Positions 54,587 through 63,998 are shown, counted from the stretch's first letter. The stretch: 64,000 nt of DNA from Verrucomicrobiota bacterium (GCA_049510745.1 JBEKYR010000004.1:1-64000), one strand, 5' to 3'. The notes: generated by a model not told the origin, from the sequence alone. Numbers and translations are program-made.

Positions 54587-55648
54587 TCAACCGCGCCAGT
54601 CGCGCCAGTCGCTGAAGACTTCGTCGCGCATGAGGGTGGCGGCCTGGAAAAGCCAGCGGGGCGGCTTGCGCTTGAGGTCCTGGCGCAGGGCCGCGCCCTG
54701 GCCGCTGCCCAGATGAATGTTGGCGGTTTCCCAGCCCATCGAATAAAGCAGTTTCAATTCGTCGCGCTCCTCCGGCAGATGGCTTAGCTCCAGCCGGAAA
54801 CAATCGGGCGAGAGGCGGCGCACGATCCAGGCGCCTTTGATCTTCCAATAAGGGTCCTGCGCGCGGACGGCGCGGCGCAGAATGTCCTCAAGGTAAAGAG
54901 GGCCGGCGGTTTTGCCCTCGGCGAAGAGGCAGGCGGAGAGGGCCCAGGCCTTGGCTTCGCGCGCCAGCCAGCCGCCCTGCCAGACGGCCAATCCCAGGTA
55001 GCGCTCGCGCCCCAGGCTGCCCAAACCCGCGATGCGATGGGCGAAACGCAATTGAATTTTCTGGTCCGGCAGAATGGAACGAATGGCCGGGAGGACAGTC
55101 GAAGGCAGGCGGGTTTTGAGCGGGGCCAGGCGGCGAAGCTTTTTCCAGAACTTCTCCGGTTCCCGCAGGCGGTGCCGCACCATGGCGCGCAACGCCGTGC
55201 CGCGATCCACCAGGACAAACGGCGCGCCGCCCACTTTGACGGCGTCCTGGTAGCCGCGCAGAATTTCCGCCGCGGCGTCTTCGGGCGAGACGTCCAGTTG
55301 TTCGACGGCCAGAAAGGCGCTGGCGGCCAGGCGGATCAAATCGTTGGTGTAGGGCAGCGGGCTGGCTTCGTCAAAATCGTTGACGCCCCAGACCAGGCGG
55401 CCTTCGGCGTCGCGCCAGGTGCCGAAATTTTCGACGTGCAGGTCGCCGACGGAGAGGACGCGGGGGCCTTCGCAAAATTTGGGGCACGCCTGCGGCCAGA
55501 CCTGCGCCCAACGGTAATAGGTGGCGCGAAGGAAGAAAAACGGGTCCGCGCGCATGCGCTGATGCTTGAGGAGCAGGTCGCCTTTGAGGAGACGGATTTG
55601 GCGGCCGAGCCAGGCTTCGTATCGGATGGTGGATTGGCGGATGTTCAT
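54587..55648 (-). CDS. DUF2252-family protein (kinase-like fold)
   Basis: RM..DPFFFLRAT, GDLHVENFG, VNDFDEA, DLIRLAAS, AGLGSLG. Confidence 0.88.
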   Translation of the reverse strand: MNIRQSTIRYEAWLGRQIRLLKGDLLLKHQRMRADPFFFLRATYYRWAQVWPQACPKFCEGPRVLSVGDLHVENFGTWRDAEGRLVWGVNDFDEASPLPYTNDLIRLAASAFLAVEQLDVSPEDAAAEILRGYQDAVKVGGAPFVLVDRGTALRAMVRHRLREPEKFWKKLRRLAPLKTRLPSTVLPAIRSILPDQKIQLRFAHRIAGLGSLGRERYLGLAVWQGGWLAREAKAWALSACLFAEGKTAGPLYLEDILRRAVRAQDPYWKIKGAWIVRRLSPDCFRLELSHLPEERDELKLLYSMGWETANIHLGSGQGAALRQDLKRKPPRWLFQAATLMRDEVFSDWRDWRG

Positions 55649-55670
55649 AAGGCAAAGGGCGGGCGCGCTG

Positions 55671-58316
55671 TCAAGAATCGAGGGCGTCCAGAGCGGCGCG
55701 GGTCTGAGCGCGTTTGGACTGCCAATCGGCCAAGCGCTGCTCGTGCTCCTGCAAGACGGTCGCCGGCACTTTCCGGGCGAAGTCCGGGTTGGCCAGCTTG
55801 GTTTTCACCTTCTCGATTTCCGCGTCGATTTTTTGAAGTTCCCTGGTCAGGCGGGCTTTTTCCGCCTCGGCATTGACCAGGCCGGCCAGGGGGATGAATA
55901 GTTTTCCGCCGAAACCGGGATGAATCACCGGCTCGCCTTTGGAGGGCTGGTATTCCGGGCGATGCTCAATGCTTTCAGCCCCGGCCAGCAATTGGATCAC
56001 TTCCTTCTCCGCGGGATCGATGTCCGCGGGGGCGTGATAAACAATTTTGAGCCGCTGGCCGGCCGGGATGCGGTATTGGGCGCGGATGTTCCTGATGGCG
56101 ATGACCAGCTTCTGTCTGTCATCTATAAAACTGAGGACGTCTTCGGAAAGGAGGTAGTGGGCCTTGAAATCGGCGTCGAAGGGTTTGGGCCACGGCGCGA
56201 ACACAATCGTCCGGCCGCCCTGGTCGTCCGGCATGTCCTCGGCGTAACCCATCCCGTGCCACAATTCCTCCGTGATGAAAGGCAGGAAGGGATGGAACAG
56301 GCGCAGCGTGTGGGACAGAATAAAATCCATCACCGCCAGCGTGTTCTGTTTGCGCGCGGCGTCGGCGCCCTGCAGCACGGCCTTGCTCGCCTCGACATAC
56401 CAGTCGCAATACTCGCTCCAGAAGAAGCGGTAGAGAGTGGCGGCGGCGTCGCTGAATTTGTATTCGGCGAAGGCGGCGTCCAATTCGCGGATGGCGGCGT
56501 CGAGGCGGAGGAGAATCCAGCGGTCGTCGCGCGTGAGGAGGGGGGGCGCGATTTCGCCCTGGACCTGGCCGGCCTGGAGTTGGCGGAAGCGGCAGGCGTT
56601 CCAGAGTTTGTTGCAGAAATTGCGGCCCAGCTCGACCTGCTGTTCGTCATAAAGAATGTCCTGTCCCAGGGGCGCGGAGCGCATGACGCCAAAGCGCAGG
56701 GCGTCGGCGCCGTAACGGCCGATGAGGTCGAGGGGATCGGGCGAGTTGCCCAGGCTCTTGGACATTTTGCGGCCCTGCTTGTCACGAATAATTCCGGTGA
56801 AATAGACGTTGCGGAAAGGCGGCTCTCCCGTGAATTCGTAGCCCGCCATGATCATGCGCGCGACCCAGAAGAAAATGATGTCCGGGCCGGTGACCAGGTC
56901 GGTTGTAGGATAGAACTTTTGCAGCGTGTCCGTCTGGTCGGGCCAGCCCATGGTGGCGAAGGGCCAGAGCCAGGAGCTGAACCAGGTGTCGAGCACGTCC
57001 GGGTCCTGCCGCCAGCCGTCACCGGGAGAATCGATTTGACAGCGGGTCTCGCCGTCCTTGTACCAGACGGGCAGGCGATGGCCCCACCAGAGCTGGCGGG
57101 AGATGCACCAATCCTTGATGTTGACCATCCAATGGAGGTAGGTCTTGCTCCAGCGTTCCGGGTGGAAGCGAATCTGGCCGTTCTCGACCGCGGCGGTCGA
57201 GGCGGCGACCGACGGGTAGCGCAAAAACCATTGCTCGCTCAGATACGGTTCGATGGGCACGTGGCTGCGCTGACTGTGGCCGACGCGATGAACGTATTTT
57301 TCCGTCTTGAGCAGCAGGCCGAGGCTTTCCATTTTCGCCAGCACGGCTTTGCGCGCCGCCATGCGGTCCAATCCGGCAAACTCCGCGCCCGCCTCCTGGG
57401 TCATTGAGCCGTCGGGGGCGATGACGACCGTCAGGGGCAGATGATGGCGCAGCGCCATTTCGTAGTCGGCGGGATCGTGGGCGGGGGTGACTTTGACACA
57501 GCCGGCGCCGAATTTCGGATCGACCAATTCGTCGAGGATGATGGGAATGGGCTTGTTGCGGAGGGGCAGCAGGACCTTCTTGCCGCGCAAATTCTCATAA
57601 CGCGGGTCCTGCGGATGAACGGCCACGGCTTCGTCGCCCAGCATCGTTTCCGGCCGTGTCGTGGCCACGACGACAAAGCCCTCCTCGCCGACGAGGGGAT
57701 ATTTGAAGTACCACAAATGCCCGTGCTGCTCGACCATTTCGACCTCCTCGTCGGACAAGGCGGTGCGGGCGGCGGGGTCCCAATTGACCATGCGCTTGCC
57801 GCGATAGATCAAGGACTTGTTGTAGAGATCGACGAAGACGCCCTGGACGCAACGGCTGTAGGCGGGGTCCATGGTGAAGCGCTCGCGCGTCCAATCGCAG
57901 GAAGCGCCCAGCATGACAAGCTGCTGAATGATGATGCCGCCGTGCTTTTCCTTCCATTCCCAGACCTTCTCCAGAAGTTTTTCGCGGCCGAGGTCCTCGC
58001 GGGACTTCATCAGGCCCTGCTGGCGCAAATTCTTCTCGACAACGGCCTGGGTGGCGATGCCGGCGTGATCGGTGCCGGGCAGCCACAACACTTCAAACCC
58101 CCTCATGCGGGCCAGGCGGGCCAGGATGTCCTGGATGGTGTTGTTGAGGACGTGCCCGAGGGTGAGCACGCCGGTGACGTTGGGCGGCGGGATGACGATG
58201 GAATAGGCCGGCTTGGCCGAGCGCGGATGGGCGACAAAGCACTTTTGGTCGAGCCAAAACCGGCGCCATTTTTCCTCGACGGCGCGGGGTTCGTAGGCTT
58301 TTGGGATTTCGGACAT
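55671..58316 (-). CDS. valS: Valine--tRNA ligase
   Basis: PPPNVTG.LTLGH, DHAGIATQ, WCISRQLWWGH, DVLDTWFSS, KMSKS, C-terminal coiled coil. Confidence 0.98.
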   Translation of the reverse strand: MSEIPKAYEPRAVEEKWRRFWLDQKCFVAHPRSAKPAYSIVIPPPNVTGVLTLGHVLNNTIQDILARLARMRGFEVLWLPGTDHAGIATQAVVEKNLRQQGLMKSREDLGREKLLEKVWEWKEKHGGIIIQQLVMLGASCDWTRERFTMDPAYSRCVQGVFVDLYNKSLIYRGKRMVNWDPAARTALSDEEVEMVEQHGHLWYFKYPLVGEEGFVVVATTRPETMLGDEAVAVHPQDPRYENLRGKKVLLPLRNKPIPIILDELVDPKFGAGCVKVTPAHDPADYEMALRHHLPLTVVIAPDGSMTQEAGAEFAGLDRMAARKAVLAKMESLGLLLKTEKYVHRVGHSQRSHVPIEPYLSEQWFLRYPSVAASTAAVENGQIRFHPERWSKTYLHWMVNIKDWCISRQLWWGHRLPVWYKDGETRCQIDSPGDGWRQDPDVLDTWFSSWLWPFATMGWPDQTDTLQKFYPTTDLVTGPDIIFFWVARMIMAGYEFTGEPPFRNVYFTGIIRDKQGRKMSKSLGNSPDPLDLIGRYGADALRFGVMRSAPLGQDILYDEQQVELGRNFCNKLWNACRFRQLQAGQVQGEIAPPLLTRDDRWILLRLDAAIRELDAAFAEYKFSDAAATLYRFFWSEYCDWYVEASKAVLQGADAARKQNTLAVMDFILSHTLRLFHPFLPFITEELWHGMGYAEDMPDDQGGRTIVFAPWPKPFDADFKAHYLLSEDVLSFIDDRQKLVIAIRNIRAQYRIPAGQRLKIVYHAPADIDPAEKEVIQLLAGAESIEHRPEYQPSKGEPVIHPGFGGKLFIPLAGLVNAEAEKARLTRELQKIDAEIEKVKTKLANPDFARKVPATVLQEHEQRLADWQSKRAQTRAALDALDS

Positions 58317-58374
58317 AAATTTTCAACCACGAATGGACACAGACATATATTTTCAACCACGGATGGACACGGAT

Positions 58375-58539
58375 TCACACGGATAAAGCCAGTGAGTTCT
58401 CATATATTTTTTCGTTAAGTCCGTGCCCGATCTCGTTAAGCACCTCGAACGCAAAGCCAATAAGTTTCTCCGTTTCGGCTTTGAAAATCAATTTTGATTC
58501 GCGGCTGCTGCTTAAGTTCTGTCTTTCATCCGTGTCCAT
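58375..58539 (-). pseudogene. Truncated GxxExxY copy (N-terminal third, 54 aa)
   Basis: Near-identical to the 5' part of 58636-59046; lacks about 260 bp containing the catalytic core. Confidence 0.85.
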
Positions 58540-58635
58540 CTGTGTCTATCCGTGGTTAAATTGTTTTTTTCATCAGGCGATATTCCATGACATAAATTTT
58601 CAACCACGGATGGACACGGGTTCACACGGATAAAG

Positions 58636-59046
58636 CTAGAGCACCACACGCTCCCATTCCATTCGGGCGCGCTTAAAATTCACGATTAACCCCACCCGCA
58701 ATTTGGAGATGCGGAGATAATTCAGCATCTGGCCGCGTTCATGGTCGGTAATGCAATCAATGACTTTGGTGTCCACAATCACCGAACCAAAAGCGATAAG
58801 GTCTGGAATGAATTCGCCGACTTGAACACCCCGGAAACACACCGGGAATCTTCTTTGCTGGTCGAACGCAATCTCGTTTTGCTTGAACAAAACCACCAGT
58901 GAGTTCTCATATATTTTTTCGATAAGTCCGTGCCCGATCTCGTTAAGCACCTCGAACGCAAAACCAATAAGCTTCTCCGTTTCGGCTTTGAGAATCAGTT
59001 TTGATTCCCGGCTGCCGCTCAAGTCCGGTCTTTCATCCGTGTCCAT
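58636..59046 (-). CDS. GxxExxY family protein (PD-(D/E)xK-like nuclease)
   Basis: GLIEKIY signature, FIPDLI...IVDTK, QMLNYL, GLIVNF; the ATG lies inside the inverted repeat. Confidence 0.93.
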   Translation of the reverse strand: MDTDERPDLSGSRESKLILKAETEKLIGFAFEVLNEIGHGLIEKIYENSLVVLFKQNEIAFDQQRRFPVCFRGVQVGEFIPDLIAFGSVIVDTKVIDCITDHERGQMLNYLRISKLRVGLIVNFKRARMEWERVVL

Positions 59047-59105
59047 CTGTGTCTATCCGTGGTTAAATTATTCTTTCATCAGGCGATACTCCGTGACATA
59101 AATTT

Positions 59106-59291
59106 TCAACCACGGATGGACACGGATTCACACGGATAAAACCGGTGAGTTCTCATATATTCTTCGTTAAGTCCGTGCCCAATCTCGTTAAGCACCTCGA
59201 ACGCAAAACCGATAAGTTTTTCCGTTTCGGCTTTGAGAATCAGTTTTGATTCCCGGCTGCTGCTCAAGTCCGGTCTTTCACCCGTGTCCAT
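59106..59291 (-). pseudogene. Truncated, frameshifted GxxExxY copy
   Basis: Same internal deletion plus a 1-nt loss in the EKIY codons. Confidence 0.85.
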
Positions 59292-59373
59292 CTGTGTCTA
59301 TCCGTGGTTAAATTATTTTTTCCATCAGGCGATACTCCGTGACATAAATTTTCAACCACGGATGGACACGGAT

Positions 59374-59538
59374 TCACACGGATAAAACCGGTGAGTTCTC
59401 ATATATTTTTTCGTTAAGTCCGTGCCCGATCTCGTTAAGCACCTCGAACGCAAAGCCAATAAGTTTCTCCGTTTCGGCTTTGAGAATCAATTTTGATTCG
59501 CGGCTGCTGCTCAAGTTCGGTCTTTCATCCGTGTCCAT
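59374..59538 (-). pseudogene. Truncated GxxExxY copy (54 aa)
   Basis: MDTDERPNLSSSRESKLILKAETEKLIGFAFEVLNEIGHGLNEKIYENSPVLSV-stop. Confidence 0.85.
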
Positions 59539-59559
59539 CTGTGTCTATCCGTGGTTAAA

Positions 59560-61119
59560 TTATTTTTTCATCAGGCGATATTCCATGGAATCGACCAGGG
59601 CCTGCAAACTGGCCTCGATGATGTTGGCGCTGACGCCGACGGTGCCCCATTCCTCGGTCCCGTCGCTGGACTGAATGAGGACGCGGGTCTTGGCGGCGGT
59701 GCCGGCGGTCGAGTCAAGGATACGGACCTTGTAATCGGTCAGGCGAATGCGCTTGAGCTGCGGATAGAAACCGGCCAGGGCGGCACGCAAGGCGGAGTCC
59801 AGGGCGTTGATCGGGCCGTCGCCCTCGGCGACGGTGTGGGCGGACTTGCCCTCGACCCGGACCTTGACCGTGGCCTCGCAAATCGAGGAGCCGCCGTCGC
59901 GCCGCATCGAGACGTGATAGACGGTCACCTCGAACGGCAGCGTTTGGTGATGGAGTATCCTGTGGATGAGAACGGCGAGCGAGCCGCCCGCGGCCTCGAA
60001 TTCGTAGCCCTGGTGTTCGAGGGTTTTGACGCGTGCCAGGATTTCCTTCAACTCCGGTGCGTCGTCGGCCAGGCGGATGCCCAACTCGCGGGCCTTGAGG
60101 AGAATGTTGCTGCGGCCGGCCAGATCGCTGATGAGCACGTTGCGCGCATTGCCGACGGATGCCGGGTCGATGTGCTCGTAACTGCCAAAAATTTTCTGGA
60201 CCGCGTTGACGTGCATGCCGGCCTTGTGCGAAAAGGCGGCCGAGCCGACCCACGGCTGGCGCGGGCTGTGGCGGAAGTTGGCGATCTCATCCACGAATTG
60301 CGACAGGTCCTTGAGCAGCGGCAGCGAAGCGGCCGGCACGCACGTTTTGCGCAATTTGAACGCGATGTTAGGAATGACGCTGGTCAGGTTGCAATTGCCG
60401 GTGCGTTCGCCGTAACCATTGATGGTGCCCTGCACCTGCGTGGCGCCCGCCTCCAGCGCCGCCAGGGCGTTGGCCACGCCGAGGCCGATGTCATCGTGAG
60501 TGTGGATGCCGATGCGCCCCTTGAGCGCGGCGCGGGCGGCGCGGGTGATGGCGGCGATTTCGCCGGGCAACCTGCCGCCGTTGGTGTCGCACAAAACGAC
60601 CCTGTCGGCGCCGGCGTTTTCCGCGGCCTGCCAGGTGGCCAGCGCGTAGGCGTTGTTGTCCTTGAACCCGTCGAAAGCGTGCTCGGCGTCATAAACGACG
60701 AATTTTCCGTGCTGCTTGAGGAACCGGACCGTGTCGGCGATCATGGCCAGGTTTTCATCCGGCGTGGTGCGGAGGACTTTGCGGACATGCAACAGCCAGG
60801 TCTTGCCGAAAATAGTGACGACAGGCGTATGCGCTTCGAGGAGGAGCCGGACCTGGTCATCGGCGGCCACGGCGACATCCTTGCGGCGGGTCGAGCCGAA
60901 GGCGGCCAGTTGGGCGCGCCTGAATTTTTTGCGTTTGGCCTCGTGGAAAAACTCGATGTCCTTGGGATTGGAGCCGGGCCAGCCGCCCTCGATGAAATGG
61001 ACGCCGAAGGCATCGAGCCGTTCGGCGATGCGCAACTTATCGGTGAGGGAAAAGTTAACGCCTTCGCCCTGGCTGCCATCGCGCAAGGTCGTATCGTAGA
61101 TTTCGACATCGGGTTTCAT
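59560..61119 (-). CDS. cimA: Citramalate synthase
   Basis: YDTTLRDGSQGEG, IEGGWPGSNPKD, YDAEH.FDG, LCDTNGG, HTHDD, GYGERTGN, YEHIDP..VGN; LeuA-type regulatory C-terminus. Confidence 0.93.
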   Translation of the reverse strand: MKPDVEIYDTTLRDGSQGEGVNFSLTDKLRIAERLDAFGVHFIEGGWPGSNPKDIEFFHEAKRKKFRRAQLAAFGSTRRKDVAVAADDQVRLLLEAHTPVVTIFGKTWLLHVRKVLRTTPDENLAMIADTVRFLKQHGKFVVYDAEHAFDGFKDNNAYALATWQAAENAGADRVVLCDTNGGRLPGEIAAITRAARAALKGRIGIHTHDDIGLGVANALAALEAGATQVQGTINGYGERTGNCNLTSVIPNIAFKLRKTCVPAASLPLLKDLSQFVDEIANFRHSPRQPWVGSAAFSHKAGMHVNAVQKIFGSYEHIDPASVGNARNVLISDLAGRSNILLKARELGIRLADDAPELKEILARVKTLEHQGYEFEAAGGSLAVLIHRILHHQTLPFEVTVYHVSMRRDGGSSICEATVKVRVEGKSAHTVAEGDGPINALDSALRAALAGFYPQLKRIRLTDYKVRILDSTAGTAAKTRVLIQSSDGTEEWGTVGVSANIIEASLQALVDSMEYRLMKK

Positions 61120-61232
61120 ACATTTCCGCCGGCCCGGACCAACCCGCCGCCGGCGGACTGAAACAATTACGACAGGGGCGCGGTTTTTGCAAAACATAAT
61201 GGGAAGACCCTCCTCGCCCAAGGATTTTTTTA

Positions 61233-61298
61233 AACCGCGAAATATGCGAAATATGCGAACGGATTGGATTTTTCGCGTCGTTCGGGTATTTCGCGGTT
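61233..61298. repeat. Empty inverted-repeat element with 9-bp periodic arms (3 x GCGAAATAT-like)
   Basis: AACCGCGAAATATGCGAAATATGCGAA / TTCGCGTCGTTCGGGTATTTCGCGGTT; outer 12 bp perfect. Confidence 0.8.
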
Positions 61299-61376
61299 GA
61301 CTCGGTTTTCTATATATGAAAAAACTCTCCGCGTCATCCGAAACAGTATTCACCGGGACAAACTACTGAATGCAAA

Positions 61377-63998
61377 TCAGCGCGCGCACGAATGGAGGAG
61401 GCGCCTTTCTTGACACTTACTGCGCATCGTCGAGACAATTGTCTCAGCCGCCCTTTTCCAGGTCCATTGCTTCATGTCTTCCGCGGCCGCCCGGCCGCGC
61501 GCTTGCGCCTCGGCGCGATGCTCGCGGGCGTATTCAATGCTGGCGATGATTTCGTCCAACGAAGGCTCAACCCACTGAGCCACCAATTGTCCTTGCGGGT
61601 CGTTGATGGCGAGAGGCCGGAGACTCTTGAGCAGGAAGGCATTGTTCTCATGGCAGACATCCTTGTGCCCGGTGGCATCGGTGACAATGGCCGGTTTGCC
61701 GCAGGCCATGTATTCCATGAGGACCAGATTGGTCCCTCCCTCACAACGATTGGGGAACAATCCAAGGTCGGATTGGCCATAGGCCCGGGCCATTTGTTCC
61801 GGCGTCAAATCCGCCATGGTGATCACTCGCCGGGGGTCGATCCCGTTGAGTCGATAGAGGTGCTCCATCTGCCCGACCCAATGGCGGCCGGACAATTCAA
61901 ACCGAATGTGAGGCGACGCCTTCATCGTCTCCATGGAGGCCGGCCACGGGTTGTGCCATGCTGTCAATAATATCATATCGGGATGCCTTTGGCTGAGGAT
62001 GGCGAAAGCCCTGAGCACAAGGTCCTGGCCCTTGCGCAGTTCGAATTTCCCGCCGGAAAAGAGCACGAAACGCCCGCCTGGCGCGGCCGCTTGGGGGTGA
62101 AACACCGTCCCGTCCACGCCTTGAATCAACAAGGCGCCGCGTGAAATGGCTTTCTCTCGCAGACGTTCCAGGCACCAGGTTGAGCCGGCAAAAACGACGT
62201 CGAACTGGCGGGCGTTTTCCACCGACTCGGACGTCAACTCGTTTTCAAAAAAGGCATAGCCGAAATTGTTGCGTCCCCGCGCGGTGGTGAAGGGAGTGAA
62301 AGCAGACCCTTGCAGGGGCGTGAAGAGATCGCCGGGCAGCGCTTTGCATTGGAACATGGGGTCGCTGCTCTCCAAAGGGCGCACTTCCACCAGTTTTGAC
62401 AATTCCGCCAACAAATGCCGGTTGCAGACGCCCCAACCGAAGCCGTGGCCCGGTTGTCCTGCGTAGTAAAGCGGGGTTGAGTCGGGGACGCCTGCCGGCG
62501 GCGCGACAGAATTGAATCCCGAATCAGCAGATTGATTCGCAGGCCGTGCAAGAGCGCGCAGAGCCACTTCGATTTGCGCGATGACCCCCGCCCAATCACC
62601 GGGCTTGGGCTGGCGAAAGAGGGTCATTGTGGGATACCAGGGGCTGTCCGAGCGTCCCTGCATCCAGCGCCAACAAGGGGCGTAAGAGAGAACTCCCCAC
62701 ACTGGACGCGCCAGCGCGCCGGCCAGGTGCAAGGTCGCGGTGCAGACAGAAATCACCAGGTCCATCTGGCCCATCGCCGCAGCGGTATCAGCAAAATCGC
62801 GCACGCGGCTGCCGAGGTCTTCAACCTGAATGTCCTCCGGCAACTGCCGCAAGTCAGCCGCGCGGGGACCACATTGAAGGCTGAAGAAACGAACGCCCGG
62901 CATCCGCAACAGCGGCAGAAACTGATCCAGCGAAGTCGAACGGATTCGATTCTTGCGGTATTGTTCGCCGCCAGCCCAGACGAGGCCCACTTTCAAAGTT
63001 CCCGCCGGTCCCGCGCTTAACGGAAACGTTTCGGCGGGCGGGATGGGAAGATAGGGGACGCGCGCCGGCACGTTTTCAAGCGTGGTTTTCAGCAGGTGCG
63101 GCAGGCTCATCAAAGCGGCGTGGGTGTCAAAGGGCGGGAGCGGTTCTCCCGAACCAAACAGTTGATCAATCCCCTGGACATGGCGCGCCAGAGCATGCAA
63201 GGGGGCCGGGCAAACCAGCAGCACGCGCGCTCCGCGCCCGGCCAGCAACGGGACGTAGCGGAGGAAATGGATGACGTCGCCCACGCCTTGTTCGGCGTAG
63301 AGCAAAATGGTCTGGCCTCCGAGGTCCCGGCCATCCCAGGCCGGCTCTTTCAAGGCCGGACGTTTGGCGGGCGCGTCGGGCCTGTTCCAACGCCACTCAT
63401 ACTCCGCCCATCCGCGAACAAAATCGCCGCCGGCCAGCAGCGCCAGGGACCTATTGTAACGCGCGTTGGCATCGTCCCCTTTGATGGCCAGTGCCTGATC
63501 GAAGGCCAGCACGGCTTCGCCGGGCCTGCCTTGGCCCAGAAGGGCATTGCCCAGGCTGTTGCAGGCGGCATTGGAACCCGGCTCCAACCGCAAAGCGCGC
63601 CGCGCGAACTCTTCAGCAAGGACAAAGTCACACTTCAGCTCCAAAGCCGCCGACACGGTATTGAGCAAGTCGGCGTTTGGATGCGGCTCTTGCCGGAGCG
63701 CCATTTCCAGGCTGGCCATGGCCTCGTCGCCACGTTCCAACTTGGTCAGAGCCGCTCCGAGTTGCGCGTGGACGCCGGGCAAATCCGGCTGGAGCGCCGC
63801 AGCTTTGCGAGTCGCCTCGGCCGCCTCGGCATACCGCCCCAGGGCCAGCAGGATGCTGCCTGCCGACCGGTGCGCTTCCGCGTTGGAGGGAGCGATTTTA
63901 ATGGCTCGTTGAACCCATGAGAGGGCTTGCTCGCTGCGACCCCGCTGGTGCTCGATCAGGGCCAGATAATTCAGCGCCAGAATATTGTGAGGCTCGTG
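61377..63998 (-). CDS. TPR-repeat protein fused to GT9-like and GT4-like glycosyltransferase domains (5' end outside window)
   Basis: Frame is open to the window edge with TPRs; GWAEYEWRW, EQGVGD, VGLVWAG, HLAGAL, SPWYP; then GKFELRKGQD and EGGTNLVLMEYMACGKP. Confidence 0.88.
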   Translation of the reverse strand, partial: HEPHNILALNYLALIEHQRGRSEQALSWVQRAIKIAPSNAEAHRSAGSILLALGRYAEAAEATRKAAALQPDLPGVHAQLGAALTKLERGDEAMASLEMALRQEPHPNADLLNTVSAALELKCDFVLAEEFARRALRLEPGSNAACNSLGNALLGQGRPGEAVLAFDQALAIKGDDANARYNRSLALLAGGDFVRGWAEYEWRWNRPDAPAKRPALKEPAWDGRDLGGQTILLYAEQGVGDVIHFLRYVPLLAGRGARVLLVCPAPLHALARHVQGIDQLFGSGEPLPPFDTHAALMSLPHLLKTTLENVPARVPYLPIPPAETFPLSAGPAGTLKVGLVWAGGEQYRKNRIRSTSLDQFLPLLRMPGVRFFSLQCGPRAADLRQLPEDIQVEDLGSRVRDFADTAAAMGQMDLVISVCTATLHLAGALARPVWGVLSYAPCWRWMQGRSDSPWYPTMTLFRQPKPGDWAGVIAQIEVALRALARPANQSADSGFNSVAPPAGVPDSTPLYYAGQPGHGFGWGVCNRHLLAELSKLVEVRPLESSDPMFQCKALPGDLFTPLQGSAFTPFTTARGRNNFGYAFFENELTSESVENARQFDVVFAGSTWCLERLREKAISRGALLIQGVDGTVFHPQAAAPGGRFVLFSGGKFELRKGQDLVLRAFAILSQRHPDMILLTAWHNPWPASMETMKASPHIRFELSGRHWVGQMEHLYRLNGIDPRRVITMADLTPEQMARAYGQSDLGLFPNRCEGGTNLVLMEYMACGKPAIVTDATGHKDVCHENNAFLLKSLRPLAINDPQGQLVAQWVEPSLDEIIASIEYAREHRAEAQARGRAAAEDMKQWTWKRAAETIVSTMRSKCQERRLLHSCAR

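Larger units (their letters stand above)
58312..59586. repeat. Tandem array of four IR-bounded GxxExxY units (247, 506, 246, 246 bp) plus a 30-bp stub
   Basis: Units at 58342-58588, 58589-59094, 59095-59340 and 59341-59586, each starting GACATAWATTTTCAACCACGGATGGACACGG and ending CATCAGGCGATAYTCCRT; stub at 58312-58341. Confidence 0.95.

Noticed and set aside
58317..58600. T-box or other riboswitch upstream of valS
   Set aside because: No T-box motif or terminator/antiterminator seen; the region is fully explained by the repeat units.
58342..59586. Diversity-generating retroelement (TR/VR) or CRISPR interpretation of the GxxExxY array
   Set aside because: No reverse transcriptase or cas gene; differences between units are not confined to adenines on one strand; the intervening sequences are copies of one gene, not unique spacers.
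61125..61157. GC hairpin just upstream of cimA as an attenuator
   Set aside because: The 9-bp stem has no U-tract and no Ile/Leu/Val-rich leader peptide is evident.
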